Part shown: positions 9,708-20,194 of the stretch, in pieces
How the letters are laid out: every line of letters starts with the position of its first letter
Position numbering within the stretch: the stretch's first letter is position 1
Origin: Candidatus Latescibacterota bacterium
GTDB taxonomy: Bacteria > Latescibacterota > UBA2968 > UBA8231
NCBI GenBank assembly: GCA_965242865.1
Contig: CBDETK010000013.1
Location: 4,512,001-4,576,000 of the forward strand
Direction: 5' to 3'
Length of the DNA: 64,000 nt
The notes under the pieces: model-generated
Databases searched by the model: none
Seen by the model: only the letters and a program-made list of their open reading frames with translations
Told to the model about the DNA's origin: nothing
Translations under genes and position numbers: made by a program

Positions 9708-10820
9708 ATGTCGCTGACCGAACAAATCCGCCAGAAGGCCCGCGCCCTGGGCTTTACCGCGGTCGGCTTTGCCCCGGCCGACCCGTTAGAAGGGGCCGAG
9801 TTTTACGCCCGCTGGGTGGCCTTGGGCTACGCTGGCCAGATGCACTACCTCAAACGCCACCTCGACAAACGCGCGGATCCGCGCCGCATGGTCCCCGGCG
9901 CCCAGACCGCCATCTGCCTCGGCATGGATTACTACCAGCCCACGCCGGCCGCCTCCGATCCCCTGCGCGGTCAAATCGCTTGTTACGCCCGCGGCGACGA
10001 CTACCACGACCTCGTCAAAAAGCGCTTGGCGGCTCTGTGGGATTTCGTGCTCGCCGAAGCTGGAGCGCAGACGCAAGGCCGCTATTTTGTCGATACGGCC
10101 CCCGTCCTAGAGCGCGAACTCGCCCAGCGGGCGGGCTTGGGTTGGTGGGGTAAAAACACCTGCCTGATCGACAAGCGCCGCGGTTCTTACTTCTTCTTGG
10201 CCGAAATCATCACCGACCTCAAGCTCGACTACGACGAACCCGCCCCAGACCACTGCGGCACCTGCACGCGCTGCTTGGACGCCTGCCCCACCGACGCCTT
10301 TCCCGCGCCCTACGTGCTCGACGCCCAGCGCTGTATCTCCTATCTCAACATCGAGCTCAAGGGGCCGATTCCCCGCGACCTGCGCCCAAGCATGGGTCAA
10401 TGGATTTTTGGCTGCGACGTCTGTCAAGAGGTGTGCCCTTGGAACCGCAAGGCCGAGCCGGCGTCAGAGCCAGCGTACCAGAGCCGAACCGGCCTCAGCA
10501 GCCCGGCGCTCCTCGACCTGATCCAACTCGACCGCGAAGCCTTCAACGCCCTGTTTCGCCGCAGCCCGGTCAAGCGCCCCAAACGCCGCGGCTTTTTACG
10601 CAACGTCGCCGTGGCCTTGGGCAATTCGGGCACACCGGCCGCCGTGCCAGCCTTGATCAGAGCACTCGACGATGAAGAGCCGCTAGTGCGCGGCCACGTG
10701 GCTTGGGCGCTGGGTCAACTCGGGGGCGATGCGGCAAAAGGGGCGTTGGAACGACGCTTGGAAATAGAAGAAGATGCGGAAGTAATAGGGGAGCTAAAAG
10801 ACGCGCTGGCCGCGCAGTAA
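9708..10820 (+). CDS. queG: tRNA epoxyqueuosine reductase (with HEAT C-terminus)
   Basis: YARGDDYH, VDTAPVLER, GKNT, CGTCTRCLDACPT, RCISYLNIE, FGCDVCQEVCPWN. Confidence 0.95.
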   Translation: MSLTEQIRQKARALGFTAVGFAPADPLEGAEFYARWVALGYAGQMHYLKRHLDKRADPRRMVPGAQTAICLGMDYYQPTPAASDPLRGQIACYARGDDYHDLVKKRLAALWDFVLAEAGAQTQGRYFVDTAPVLERELAQRAGLGWWGKNTCLIDKRRGSYFFLAEIITDLKLDYDEPAPDHCGTCTRCLDACPTDAFPAPYVLDAQRCISYLNIELKGPIPRDLRPSMGQWIFGCDVCQEVCPWNRKAEPASEPAYQSRTGLSSPALLDLIQLDREAFNALFRRSPVKRPKRRGFLRNVAVALGNSGTPAAVPALIRALDDEEPLVRGHVAWALGQLGGDAAKGALERRLEIEEDAEVIGELKDALAAQ

Positions 10821-10824
10821 TCCC

Positions 10825-11748
10825 TCACTCGGCGAACAGGGCGCGGGCAAACGCCGCCCCGTCAAACGGCTGCAAATCGTCCACGCCTTCGCCCACTCCA
10901 ATCAGCTTCACCGGCAGGTTCATCTGACGCCGCAGCGCGACGACGATCCCGCCCTTAGCTGTCCCGTCTAGCTTGGTCAGCACGAGCCCGGTCAGTTCGG
11001 TGGCTTGGTTGAATGCGGTCGCCTGCGACAGGGCGTTTTGGCCGCTGGTCCCGTCGAGCACCAGCAAGGTTTCGTGCGGGGCCGCTGGGTCTTGCTTGGC
11101 CAGCGAGCGGCGGATCTTTTTGAGTTCCTCCATCAAGTTGACCTTGTTGTGCAAGCGGCCGGCCGTATCGACCAACAGCACGTCGGCCCCGCGCGACTTG
11201 GCCGCAGCGAGCGCGTCAAAGGCCACAGCGGCCGGGTCGGCCCCGCGCTGCGTCCGTACCAGGTCGGCCCCAGCGCGTTCCGCCCAGATGGCGAGCTGTG
11301 GAATGGCCGCGGCCCGGAACGTGTCGCCAGCCGCGAGCACCACCTTCTTGCCAGCATCGGCATAGCGTTTGGCCAGCTTGCCGGCCGTCGTCGTCTTGCC
11401 GCTGCCATTGACGCCGACGATCAGCACGACAAACGGCTTGCCCGGCAGCTCGCCGGCTAGGGGCAGGGCCGCGCCGTTGCCGAGGGCCATCATCGCGGCT
11501 ACTTGCTCCTCCAACACCTGCATCACCTCGGCTGGCCCGCCTGCCACCTGCCCGCGCCGGAGCCGCTCGCGCAGCGAATCGACGAGTTCGGTGGCCGTCT
11601 CCAGCCCCATATCAGCGCCGATCAGCGCGGCCTCAATATCGTCAATCGCATCGTCGTCCAAGCGAGGGTTGCCCGTGATCGCATCGGTCATTGCCTGCCG
11701 CGTCCGCGCCAACCCCTGCTTTACTTTATCAAAAAATTTGCCCAGCAT
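10825..11748 (-). CDS. ftsY: Signal recognition particle receptor FtsY (NG domain only)
   Basis: [34 protein letters not shown]. Confidence 0.95.
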   Translation of the reverse strand: MLGKFFDKVKQGLARTRQAMTDAITGNPRLDDDAIDDIEAALIGADMGLETATELVDSLRERLRRGQVAGGPAEVMQVLEEQVAAMMALGNGAALPLAGELPGKPFVVLIVGVNGSGKTTTAGKLAKRYADAGKKVVLAAGDTFRAAAIPQLAIWAERAGADLVRTQRGADPAAVAFDALAAAKSRGADVLLVDTAGRLHNKVNLMEELKKIRRSLAKQDPAAPHETLLVLDGTSGQNALSQATAFNQATELTGLVLTKLDGTAKGGIVVALRRQMNLPVKLIGVGEGVDDLQPFDGAAFARALFAE

Positions 11749-11778
11749 GGCTTTTGTCCTTCGGGTTGAATAAACCCC

Positions 11779-11902
11779 CTGTCTGAAAACCCACCGCGCA
11801 TCATGTTGAACAAACCGTACTGTCTGAAAACCCACCGCGCATCATGTTGAACAAACCGCGACTGTCTGAAAACCCACCGCGCATCATGTTGAACAAACCG
11901 TA
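11779..11902. repeat. Tandem repeat, 3 x 41-42 bp
   Basis: ctgtctgaaaacccaccgcgcatcatgttgaacaaaccg starts at 11779, 11820 and 11862 with only 2-3 nt between copies. Confidence 0.95.
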
Positions 11903-12004
11903 GGGGGCCAGCCCCCGTGCTGGCCCCGTCCTCCGTGCTGGCCCCCGTCCTCCGTGCTGGCCCCCGTCCTCCGTGCTGGCCCCCGTCCTCCGTGCTGGCC
12001 CCCG
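11900..12004 (+). repeat. GTAG-initiated REP-like hairpin followed by ~19 bp tandem expansion
   Basis: gtagggggccagcccccgtgctggcccc, then (ccgtgctggcccccgtcct) repeated about 4-5 times. Confidence 0.8.
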
Positions 12005-12253
12005 CCCCCCATCTCGCCCTCCGTCCCAGCCTCCATCATTCGCAAATAATTTTAAGGCGTAAAGAATATAAATTCATTCCGACTGCGAGATCGTCGCGCC
12101 CCGAATAGTTACATAATTGTAGTATATCATATCGCCAATTCTGAGAATGAATGATTGACCAAAAAGTAATTCATCTATACCTTATATGCTTTCACTGGCG
12201 CAAGGAAGTTAAATAATTATAACCCATTTTTCCCTAAGAAGGAGAAAAATTCC

Positions 12254-14833
12254 ATGAAAAAGCTCCTATCTGCCTTTGGCCTTTCGGCGCTGCTCTCTGT
12301 GATCTGGGCGGCTGAGGCCATGGCCCAAGGTGCAATGGAGGAGGAAGAGACCGCCGCCGAAGAGATGGCCTCGGCCGAAGCGGGAATGCTCGAAGGGGTC
12401 GTAGAGCTCGAAGAGCAGGTGGTGACCGGGGCTCGGCAACCGCGCTCGGTAACGGATTCGGCCGTGCCGGTCGACGTCGTCCGCGGCGAAGATTTCATCA
12501 AGCAAGGCGGCACAGACCTGCCCGACCTGCTGAGAAATATCGCGCCCTCCTTCAACGTCAACACCCAGCCGATCAGCGATGCGGCCACTGTCGTCCGGCC
12601 AGCGAGTCTGCGCAACCTTGCGCCCGACCATACGCTGGTGCTGGTCAATGGCAAGCGTCGCCATCGCTCTGCGGTAATCACTTGGCTCGGCAACGGGATC
12701 GCCGATGGCTCACAGGGGCCGGACATTTCCCCGATCCCGGCTATCGCGCTCAAGCGGGTGGAAGTGCTGCGCGACGGAGCCTCGGCTCAGTACGGGTCCG
12801 ACGCCATTGCCGGGGTGATGAACTTCCAACTGAAAGACAGTTACCGGGGCGGGTCTATCGAGATCAAGCCCGGCATTTTCCAAGAAGGCGATGGGTTCAC
12901 GTACAGTGCCGCCGGCAATCTCGGCTTGGGCACTGAGCAGTACTGGGCCAACCTCAGCTTGGAGTACGGCAACGCCGACGAGACCGTCCGCTCCTACCAG
13001 CGGCAAGACGCCATTGACCTGATCGAAGCGGGCAATACCGATGTGGCCGATCCCGCTCAACGCTGGGGGCAACCCTTCATCAGAAACGATGTCAAGTTCT
13101 TCGCCAACTACGGCGCCGGCCTGACCGACAACATTAAGCTCTACGGCCACGCCAACTACGCCAGCAAGGAAGTGGAAGGCGGGTTCTACTTCCGCAATCC
13201 AAACACGCGGGGTTCCGTGTTCAGTGCGGACGGCGGCCAGACCTTGCTTATTGGCGATCTGGACGGCGTGGGTGTCGGCGAAGAGTGCCCCACGGTGACG
13301 GTCACCGACGCTAAGCCAGACCAAGATGCTTTGGCCGAGGTTTTTAGCGACGACAATTGCTTCACCTTCCAAGAATCCCAAGACGGCCAATGGCCGGGCC
13401 GGCCGGGTGGCTTTACGCCCCGCTTTGGTGCCGACACGGTCGATCGCTCGGTTTTGTTGGGCATTAAGGGAACGATCGCCGACCCGACGATCACTTGGGA
13501 CCTCAGCGCTTCCAACGGTCGCCATCACGCCGACTTCTTCATCTTTAATACGGTGAACGCCTCGTTGGGGCCTGACTCGCCGACTTCGTTCAATCCGGGC
13601 GACTACATCCAGTTGGACACTAATTTGAACCTCGACCTTACCTTCCCGGTCAACGACCAGTTGTTCCTCGCGGCCGGTGCTGAGTATCGCACCGAAGAGT
13701 TTGAAATCGTGGCGGGCGACCAAGCGTCTTGGGAAATCGGCCCGTTGGCCGAGCAGGGGTTTAGCTCGGGGTCCAATGGTTTTTCTGGATTCCCCGACAT
13801 TGCTGCCGGCACTTGGAGCCGCTCCAATTCTGCCTTTTATGTCGAGGCCGAGCTCGATGCACTTGAAAACTGGTTGCTCGTCGGTGCAGTGCGCTACGAA
13901 AACTTCGACGATTTCGGCAGCACCACCAATTACAAGCTGGCGACCAACTACGGCCTCAGCGACGACCTGAAACTGCGCGGCAGTTATAGCACCGGCTTCA
14001 GAGCACCGACGCCTGGGCAGCAGAATGCCTTCAACGTATCGACGCAGTTCGATCTGGTCCTGAACGACTTGGTAAACAACGGCACCATTCCTTCGACCAA
14101 CCCGGTCGCCGAATTGGTGGGCGGCAAGCCGCTCGAAGCTGAAAAATCGACCAACTTTACGGCGGGCATTGTCGCCGACATGTCTGAGGCCAACCTCACA
14201 GTGGACTACTTCGACATCCGGGTCAAAGATCGCCTCACCCTCTCTCAGGACTTCGATCTTACAAGCAACCTGACAGAGGCAGAGATCGCAGAGCTCGAGA
14301 ATGGAGAAGTGCCTTACGTGCGCAACTTGGCGAACTTCCGCTACTTCATCAACGATTTCGAGACGGAAACGAAAGGTCTGGACATCGTCCTTACGGTTCC
14401 GGCGGGCAATGGGGAGCTGATCTTCGCCAACAACTTCACGGAAACCGAGGTTACGGACTACAACCCCGAAACCCTTAGTGAAGGCCGCATCAGGGAATTG
14501 GAGGGAAGCCTGCCCACTTACCGCGCCAGTCTAACTCTGACTCAAGCCGTCTCTCCCGAGTTGAATCTCCTCGGGCGCTGGCATTATTACTCCTCTTGGT
14601 TTGATGACGATGATACGGCAACGTACCGGACCGACGGCCATCTGATCGATCTAGAGGCGAGCTATTCACTCGGCAACGGGTTAATGGTCAGTGTCGGCGG
14701 GCAGAATGTCCTCAATACCTATTCGGATGAAAATCCGAACGCCCCCGGAGGCACGGGCAATAAGTACAGCCAGTTTAGCCCCTTCGGGTACAGCGGCGGG
14801 TTCTTGTACGGGAAACTCGGGTACAGCTTCTAG
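12254..14833 (+). CDS. TonB-dependent receptor
   Basis: Signal peptide, QVVTGAR TonB-box-like segment, LVLVNGKRRH, RVEVLRDGASAQYGSDAIAGVMN, C-terminal GYSF. Confidence 0.95.
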   Translation: MKKLLSAFGLSALLSVIWAAEAMAQGAMEEEETAAEEMASAEAGMLEGVVELEEQVVTGARQPRSVTDSAVPVDVVRGEDFIKQGGTDLPDLLRNIAPSFNVNTQPISDAATVVRPASLRNLAPDHTLVLVNGKRRHRSAVITWLGNGIADGSQGPDISPIPAIALKRVEVLRDGASAQYGSDAIAGVMNFQLKDSYRGGSIEIKPGIFQEGDGFTYSAAGNLGLGTEQYWANLSLEYGNADETVRSYQRQDAIDLIEAGNTDVADPAQRWGQPFIRNDVKFFANYGAGLTDNIKLYGHANYASKEVEGGFYFRNPNTRGSVFSADGGQTLLIGDLDGVGVGEECPTVTVTDAKPDQDALAEVFSDDNCFTFQESQDGQWPGRPGGFTPRFGADTVDRSVLLGIKGTIADPTITWDLSASNGRHHADFFIFNTVNASLGPDSPTSFNPGDYIQLDTNLNLDLTFPVNDQLFLAAGAEYRTEEFEIVAGDQASWEIGPLAEQGFSSGSNGFSGFPDIAAGTWSRSNSAFYVEAELDALENWLLVGAVRYENFDDFGSTTNYKLATNYGLSDDLKLRGSYSTGFRAPTPGQQNAFNVSTQFDLVLNDLVNNGTIPSTNPVAELVGGKPLEAEKSTNFTAGIVADMSEANLTVDYFDIRVKDRLTLSQDFDLTSNLTEAEIAELENGEVPYVRNLANFRYFINDFETETKGLDIVLTVPAGNGELIFANNFTETEVTDYNPETLSEGRIRELEGSLPTYRASLTLTQAVSPELNLLGRWHYYSSWFDDDDTATYRTDGHLIDLEASYSLGNGLMVSVGGQNVLNTYSDENPNAPGGTGNKYSQFSPFGYSGGFLYGKLGYSF

Positions 14834-14866
14834 AAACGCCGAGCAGTCACCCTAGACGTTTTACAC

Positions 14867-14904
14867 AAAAGGTCGAGTGCCTCTCTTTTGGCACTCGGCC
14901 TTTT
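14867..14904. terminator. Intrinsic terminator (possibly bidirectional)
   Basis: aaaa-ggtcgagtgcc-loop-ggcactcggcc-tttt immediately after the TonB receptor gene. Confidence 0.8.
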
Positions 14905-14929
14905 GCATTTTAACCAGAGGTGAGCAGCG

Positions 14930-16567
14930 ATGACCCCATCATACCGCGACGCCCTAGAACACATCCGCCGCGCCTTCCCTCAGCCAGTATCCGACCCCAT
15001 CCACGATTCGTATTTCGTCCATTCCATCATGCGCGCCCTAGACCAAGTCGATGCGCTGAAAACCCACTTGCCCACGCTCGGCCCGGTCGTCTCGGGCGAC
15101 TTTGCTGAAGCGCGAAATGCCGAGCTTCCCGCTGAGATGTCTTCGGTCGAGGCGGTCACCGCAGAGTTGGTGGATTATTTGCGCGGCACAAACATCTCCA
15201 GCCATCCCGAGAACCAACAAAACGTCATCCCGCCCCCGACCATTCCCAGCCTCATCGGCGTCCTCCTCGCCTCGCTGCACAACTCCAACATCGTTTGGGA
15301 CGAATTCAGCCGCCTCGTCGCCTTGGCCGAAGTCGAAGCGGTCAGCATGACCGCCCGGTTGGTTGGCTACGACCCCCACCAAGCCAGCGGCACCTTCACT
15401 TTTGGCGGGACCGGAACCACGCTCTATGGAGTAAAGATCGGCTTGGAAAAAGCCTGTCCGCAGGCCATGCAAACGGGCGTCTCCGACGACGTGGTCGTAT
15501 TCGTATCCGACGCCGGGCACTACTGCGCCCACAACATCGTCGGGTGGCTCGGCATCGGCACCGATCAGCTAATCACCGTTCCGACGATTGCTGAAAACGA
15601 AATGGACCTCGCCCAGCTAGCGGATGCCGCGCGAACGGCCTTAGACCGCGGCAAACAGATCGCCGCCATAATTGCGACCATGGGGACTACGGATGCGTTC
15701 GGATTGGACGACCTGCCGGCGATTGTGGCCTTGCGCGACTCGCTAGTGGACGAGTTCCAACTGTCCTATCGCCCCCACATCCACGCGGACGCGGTCATCG
15801 GCTGGGCGTGGTCGGTCTTCAACGAATACGACTTTGAGGACAACCCCCTAGCGTTTCGACCGCGAACCCTCCGCGCACTCGCCGGCGTGTGCCGACGCAT
15901 TCGCCATCTGGCGTTGGCCGATTCCATGGGCATCGACTTCCACAAGACCGGCTTTGCCCCGTATATCTCCAGCCTCGTCCTCGTCAAAGAGCGGGCGGAT
16001 TTGCAACTCCTAATGCGCGACCCGCGACAGATGCCATACCTCTATCACTTTGGCGACCATCGCCCCGGCATGTACACCCTCGAAACGTCCAGAGCCGGCA
16101 CCGGCCCGCTGGCCGCGCTGGCCAATTTTCGCTTCTTAGGCAAGCAAGGGTTGCGCGTCGCCCTCGGGCACCTCGTCGAGATGACCCAGCTTTTGCGCGA
16201 GCACCTCGAAGGACACGAAGCCATCACCGTGCTCAACCGAGACAACTTTGGCGCGGTAACGCTCTTCCGCGTATATCCTCCCGACGTGGATACTTTTGCG
16301 ATCAAACGCCAAGAATTTGACGACCCGGCCTATCGAGAAACGCTGCTCGCCCACAACGACTACAACCGAAAAATTTTCGACTACGTCCACGCCGAGGCCA
16401 TGGCCGGCCGCGGAGTCGTCATTTCCTCAACCGACTGCTACCGCCACACCCAATACCAAGAACCCATTGTCGCGCTAAAATCCTTTATCGTGTCGCCGTT
16501 CGTAGATGCAGGAGATGTGGAAGTCGTAGTCGCAAAAGTCTTGGAAGCGAGAGAAAAATTCGTCTGA
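14930..16567 (+). CDS. Group II PLP-dependent decarboxylase (DABA/aromatic/glutamate type, substrate unknown)
   Basis: GTFTFGGT, TMGTTDAFGLD, HIHADAV, DSMGIDFHK (PLP lysine), TLETSR. Confidence 0.85.
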   Translation: MTPSYRDALEHIRRAFPQPVSDPIHDSYFVHSIMRALDQVDALKTHLPTLGPVVSGDFAEARNAELPAEMSSVEAVTAELVDYLRGTNISSHPENQQNVIPPPTIPSLIGVLLASLHNSNIVWDEFSRLVALAEVEAVSMTARLVGYDPHQASGTFTFGGTGTTLYGVKIGLEKACPQAMQTGVSDDVVVFVSDAGHYCAHNIVGWLGIGTDQLITVPTIAENEMDLAQLADAARTALDRGKQIAAIIATMGTTDAFGLDDLPAIVALRDSLVDEFQLSYRPHIHADAVIGWAWSVFNEYDFEDNPLAFRPRTLRALAGVCRRIRHLALADSMGIDFHKTGFAPYISSLVLVKERADLQLLMRDPRQMPYLYHFGDHRPGMYTLETSRAGTGPLAALANFRFLGKQGLRVALGHLVEMTQLLREHLEGHEAITVLNRDNFGAVTLFRVYPPDVDTFAIKRQEFDDPAYRETLLAHNDYNRKIFDYVHAEAMAGRGVVISSTDCYRHTQYQEPIVALKSFIVSPFVDAGDVEVVVAKVLEAREKFV

Positions 16568-16680
16568 AGTCGCCGCTACTGCTTCTGTGTCTTTACCGCG
16601 GGGGTGTCGAGAGGATATAGCAGTCCTAAATGACTCGAAAGCATGGAATGTTGATCGGCACGGTCTTTTTGCATAGAGTC

Positions 16681-16711
16681 GTCATTCCCGCGAACGCGGG
16701 AATCCAGTCTT
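16681..16711. repeat. Palindromic REP-like element ATTCCC-N8-GGGAAT, copy 1
   Basis: gtcattcccgcgaacgcgggaatccagtctt; second copy at 22238. Confidence 0.8.
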
Positions 16712-16754
16712 GGCGGTCCGTGAGTTTCTGAATCAATTGGAGATTAAACAATGA
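16710..16754 (+). pseudogene. Probable hicA toxin C-terminal remnant
   Basis: Reads LAVREFLNQLEIKQ* and its stop overlaps the hicB start (ATGA), the usual hicA-hicB coupling. Confidence 0.5.
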
Positions 16755-17083
16755 AGCCTATGCGCTACAAGGGATATTCGGCCCGGATTGAATACAGCGA
16801 CGAAGACGGATGCTTCGTCGGTCGCGTGGCTGGTATCCGCGACATACTTACGTTCCACGGCGAGAGCGTGGCTGAAGTTCGGCAGGCGTTCGAGGAGGCA
16901 TTGGATTTCTACTTGGAAACCTGTGCCAAACGCGGCGAGACGCCGAATAAACCCTACTCGGGCAAACTCCTGTTGCGCGTCGCCCCCGAAGTACACGCTG
17001 CGGTAGCCACCGCGGCAAAAGTCAGCGACCAGAGCATCAATCAATGGGCTGCCGAGCGGTTGTCAGAGGCCGTTGACGACTAA
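16751..17083 (+). CDS. hicB: HicB family antitoxin
   Basis: MRYKGYSARIEYS.ED..FVGRV.GIRD..TFHG.SV.E, KPYSGKLLLRV.PEVH, SINQW. Confidence 0.92.
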   Translation: MKPMRYKGYSARIEYSDEDGCFVGRVAGIRDILTFHGESVAEVRQAFEEALDFYLETCAKRGETPNKPYSGKLLLRVAPEVHAAVATAAKVSDQSINQWAAERLSEAVDD

Positions 17084-18453
17084 CTGGCTCGATTGCTTCT
17101 GTTTAGCGCGTCCCGGATTTCGCCGATGGCCTGTTCCAGCCGGTCTAGACGCCCGTTGATGTCTTGTACGTCCTCTTGAATTTTTGTCACAATCTCGACC
17201 TGCTCTTCAAGCTCCTCGACCTTCAAGGAATCCTCATCGCTGACGAGAATGCTCGTCAGCGTAGCCGTAAAAACACCCACCAAAACCATACCCGTAATCA
17301 CCAGAAACACGGTGAGGATTTTGCCCGACGCCGTCTGGGGATTGTGGATGTCGGCGTACCCGCCGGTGACCAGCGTCGTAAAGCTCCACCAAAGACTCTC
17401 CCAGAATCCCGAACCAGACTCCATGCGCTCCAAGCCCATGAAAATGCAGGCGCCAAACACGAGCGATAACAAGCCGTACAGCAGAGACCGCTTGAGCAGC
17501 CGCACGTCTAATGTGGTGCTCAAGTGATCCATGCCCCGCCAAAAAAAGAGCGCGATGCGGAACAACCTCAGCGCCCTTAAAATTCGCACGGCCCCCAGCA
17601 GACGGCCTAGGCGAACGACCCCCATATCGCCGGACGCGGCAATGACCTGCACTGGGGGAAGCGGAATGGACGTTATGAAGTCTATCCAATTGTTTTTCCA
17701 ATACCACTTTTTGGAATCGGCCAGCCGGTGCTCAAAGAAGAAGTTGGCCATGAAAATGGCACAGCATATCAAGTCTATGATCCAGAATATCCACAACGTG
17801 CCAACGGCAAAGTGGGGCACTATCTCCACAACGGGGTTCGCATAGTGCTCGCCGCCCTCGATAACCTCTACTTGCGGCGACAGTTTGCCACCGACGACCT
17901 GTCCCGAAATGAGCGCACCAGACCCAACCGCATCCGCTACGTGAATGTTCACCCGCTCATACCCTTCGCCCCCGTTCAGAACGACGATTCGATCTATCCG
18001 GCCCTCTACCACTTCGGCCTTTGCAACCGCACCGCGGCCGGTGGCCCCGACGCCGAGCAAGTCAACGACCAGAATTGCGACGAGAAAGAGAATGAGAAAA
18101 AAGATGAACAAGTCTTTGGCTCTCACCCAACCGACGCTCCCCAGTACCCTGGCTTGCTCGTCCATCAGATGTTTCTTTTGCCGCGCCTGCTCAATGACCC
18201 GGACCTTGTCCAACAACTTCTCTTTTTCGGCGTTCAACCTCGCAATCTGCGCTTCCGCTTTATCCAGATTCAGCTCGTATTGGCCGTGCCGTTTGCTCAA
18301 ACGGACCGTTTCCACCTTTTCGATCATTTCGTCGAGTTCTTTTTCTTGCTCGGCTAGCTGGCGGTCAATCCTATCAACCTCCTGCATTACCACCTCCTTC
18401 ATTTTGGTAATGCGTTCAAGCGAGCACGATTCCAGTCGCCTTGATAATGACAT
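17080..18453 (-). CDS. Voltage-gated ion (K+-type) channel-like protein with coiled-coil termini
   Basis: NWIDFITSIP (S3), RLGRLLGAVRILRALRLFR (S4), ESLWWSFTTLVTGGYAD pore; start may be further downstream (e.g. 18387). Confidence 0.8.
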   Translation of the reverse strand: MSLSRRLESCSLERITKMKEVVMQEVDRIDRQLAEQEKELDEMIEKVETVRLSKRHGQYELNLDKAEAQIARLNAEKEKLLDKVRVIEQARQKKHLMDEQARVLGSVGWVRAKDLFIFFLILFLVAILVVDLLGVGATGRGAVAKAEVVEGRIDRIVVLNGGEGYERVNIHVADAVGSGALISGQVVGGKLSPQVEVIEGGEHYANPVVEIVPHFAVGTLWIFWIIDLICCAIFMANFFFEHRLADSKKWYWKNNWIDFITSIPLPPVQVIAASGDMGVVRLGRLLGAVRILRALRLFRIALFFWRGMDHLSTTLDVRLLKRSLLYGLLSLVFGACIFMGLERMESGSGFWESLWWSFTTLVTGGYADIHNPQTASGKILTVFLVITGMVLVGVFTATLTSILVSDEDSLKVEELEEQVEIVTKIQEDVQDINGRLDRLEQAIGEIRDALNRSNRAS

Positions 18454-18492
18454 AGTACGTCGTCCTGTATGGTTGCGGGTTCTCGATCCCTC

Positions 18493-20166
18493 TCAGAACA
18501 ACCCCTTGATCTGTCCTGCGTCGTCGAGGTCAATTGACTCGGCTGAAGGCTTCTTAGGTAAGCCGGGCATCGTCATAATATCGCCGGTCAGCACCACCAC
18601 AAAGCCGGCCCCGGCCGAGACCTTGACGTCGCGGATCGGCACGTCAAAGCCGCGCGGTCGCCCCTTGAGCGCAGGATTGGCCGATAGCGAGTACTGGGTC
18701 TTGGCGATGCAGACGGGCAAGCGGCCGTAGCCTTCGTCCTCCAGCCGCCTGAACTTGCGCCGCAGGACCTTGTCCCCGGTGATGTCGTCGGCTCCGTAGA
18801 TCGCTTGGGCGACGGTGCGGACCTTGTCCCAAAGCCGCATGTCGTCTGGATAGAGCAGCTTGAAGTGGCTCGGCGCGTTTTCGGCTACCTGCACCACGGT
18901 GCGGGCGAGGTCTTCGGCCCCAGCACCGCCGCGGGCGTGGTGATCCGCGGGCACGACCTCAACCCCGAGGGGAGCGCACTTGTCGCGGATGCACTGGACC
19001 TCGGCGTCGGTATCCGCGGCAAAAACGTTGACCGCGACGACGACGGGCAGGCCGAAGAGGCGGATGTTTTCGATGTGCTTCTCGAGGTTTTCGACGCCCC
19101 GGACAACCGCCTCGACATTGGGTTTGGCAATGCTTTTGAGCGGGGTGCCGCCGTGAAATTTGAGGGCGCGCACCGTGGCGACTACCACCACGAGATCGGG
19201 CACTAGGCCGTGCTGGCGGCACTTGATGTTGACGAACTTCTCGGCCCCCAAGTCTGCGCCAAAGCCGGCCTCGGTGACGGTGTATTCGGAGAGCCGCATA
19301 CTCAGGCGGGTGGCGGCAATGGAGTTGCAGCCGTGCGCGATATTGGCAAAAGGGCCGCCGTGGACTAACGCCGGGTTGCCCTCCAAGGTCTGCACCACGT
19401 TGGGTTGACAGGCGTCCTTGAGCAGCACCGCCATGGCACCGTGGACCCCTAGGTCCGCAGCGCGCATGGTCTCGCGGGCGCGAGTTTGGGCAACGACGAT
19501 TCGGCCCAGCCGTTCTCTGAGCTCGGCCCGCGATTCGGACAGGCAGAGAATGGCCATGACCTCCGAGGCGACGGCAATGTCAAACCCCGACTGGCGCGGC
19601 AAGGAGTTGGCCGTCCCCCCTAGTCCAACGACAATGTCGCGCAAGGCCCGGTCGTTTATGTCGAGGACGCGGTTCCAGACGATGCGGCGGGGATCAATGC
19701 GGCGCGCATTGCCGTGGTGCATGTAATTGTCGAGGGCCGCGGCGAGTAGGTTGTGGGCGGCAGAGACCGCGTGGATGTCGCCGGTAAAGTGCAAGTTGAT
19801 GTCCTCCATCGGCGCGACCTGAGCGTACCCACCGCCCGCGCCCCCGCCCTTTAGGCCGAAGCAAGGCCCCAGCGAAGGTTCCCGCAAGCAGACGGTGGTG
19901 CGCTTGCCAATGCGATTGAGCGCGTCGCCCAAGCCGATGGTGGTGGTCGTTTTGCCCTCGCCGGCTGGAGTCGGGTTGATGGCCGAGACGAGGATCAGCT
20001 TGCCGGCAGCAGGTGCGTTTTCGCACGGCTGGCAGAAATCCGGCGCGATCTTGGCCTTGACGCGGCCATAGTGTTCGAGGTGTTCGGCACCGATCCCGAG
20101 CTGGGCGGCCACATCGTCAATGGGGCGGAGCGAGGTTTGACGAGCGATTTCAATATCCGGTAACAA
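18493..20166 (-). CDS. fhs: Formate--tetrahydrofolate ligase
   Basis: [67 protein letters not shown]; TTG start is inferred. Confidence 0.97.
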   Translation of the reverse strand: MLPDIEIARQTSLRPIDDVAAQLGIGAEHLEHYGRVKAKIAPDFCQPCENAPAAGKLILVSAINPTPAGEGKTTTTIGLGDALNRIGKRTTVCLREPSLGPCFGLKGGGAGGGYAQVAPMEDINLHFTGDIHAVSAAHNLLAAALDNYMHHGNARRIDPRRIVWNRVLDINDRALRDIVVGLGGTANSLPRQSGFDIAVASEVMAILCLSESRAELRERLGRIVVAQTRARETMRAADLGVHGAMAVLLKDACQPNVVQTLEGNPALVHGGPFANIAHGCNSIAATRLSMRLSEYTVTEAGFGADLGAEKFVNIKCRQHGLVPDLVVVVATVRALKFHGGTPLKSIAKPNVEAVVRGVENLEKHIENIRLFGLPVVVAVNVFAADTDAEVQCIRDKCAPLGVEVVPADHHARGGAGAEDLARTVVQVAENAPSHFKLLYPDDMRLWDKVRTVAQAIYGADDITGDKVLRRKFRRLEDEGYGRLPVCIAKTQYSLSANPALKGRPRGFDVPIRDVKVSAGAGFVVVLTGDIMTMPGLPKKPSAESIDLDDAGQIKGLF

Positions 20167-20194
20167 AGTGAACTCCTGATTTGAATGAATTGGT

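Noticed and set aside
11749-11835. N-terminal extension of FtsY in the ORF track
   Set aside because: It is translated tandem-repeat DNA; the ATG at 11748 gives a normal NG-domain start.
11779-11902. Possible CRISPR array
   Set aside because: Repeats are head-to-tail with only 2-3 nt between them, so there are no spacers, and there are no cas genes in the window.
12040-12250. Fur box or riboswitch upstream of the TonB receptor
   Set aside because: The region is AT-rich and promoter-like, but I could not match a convincing Fur consensus or cobalamin/TPP riboswitch core by eye.
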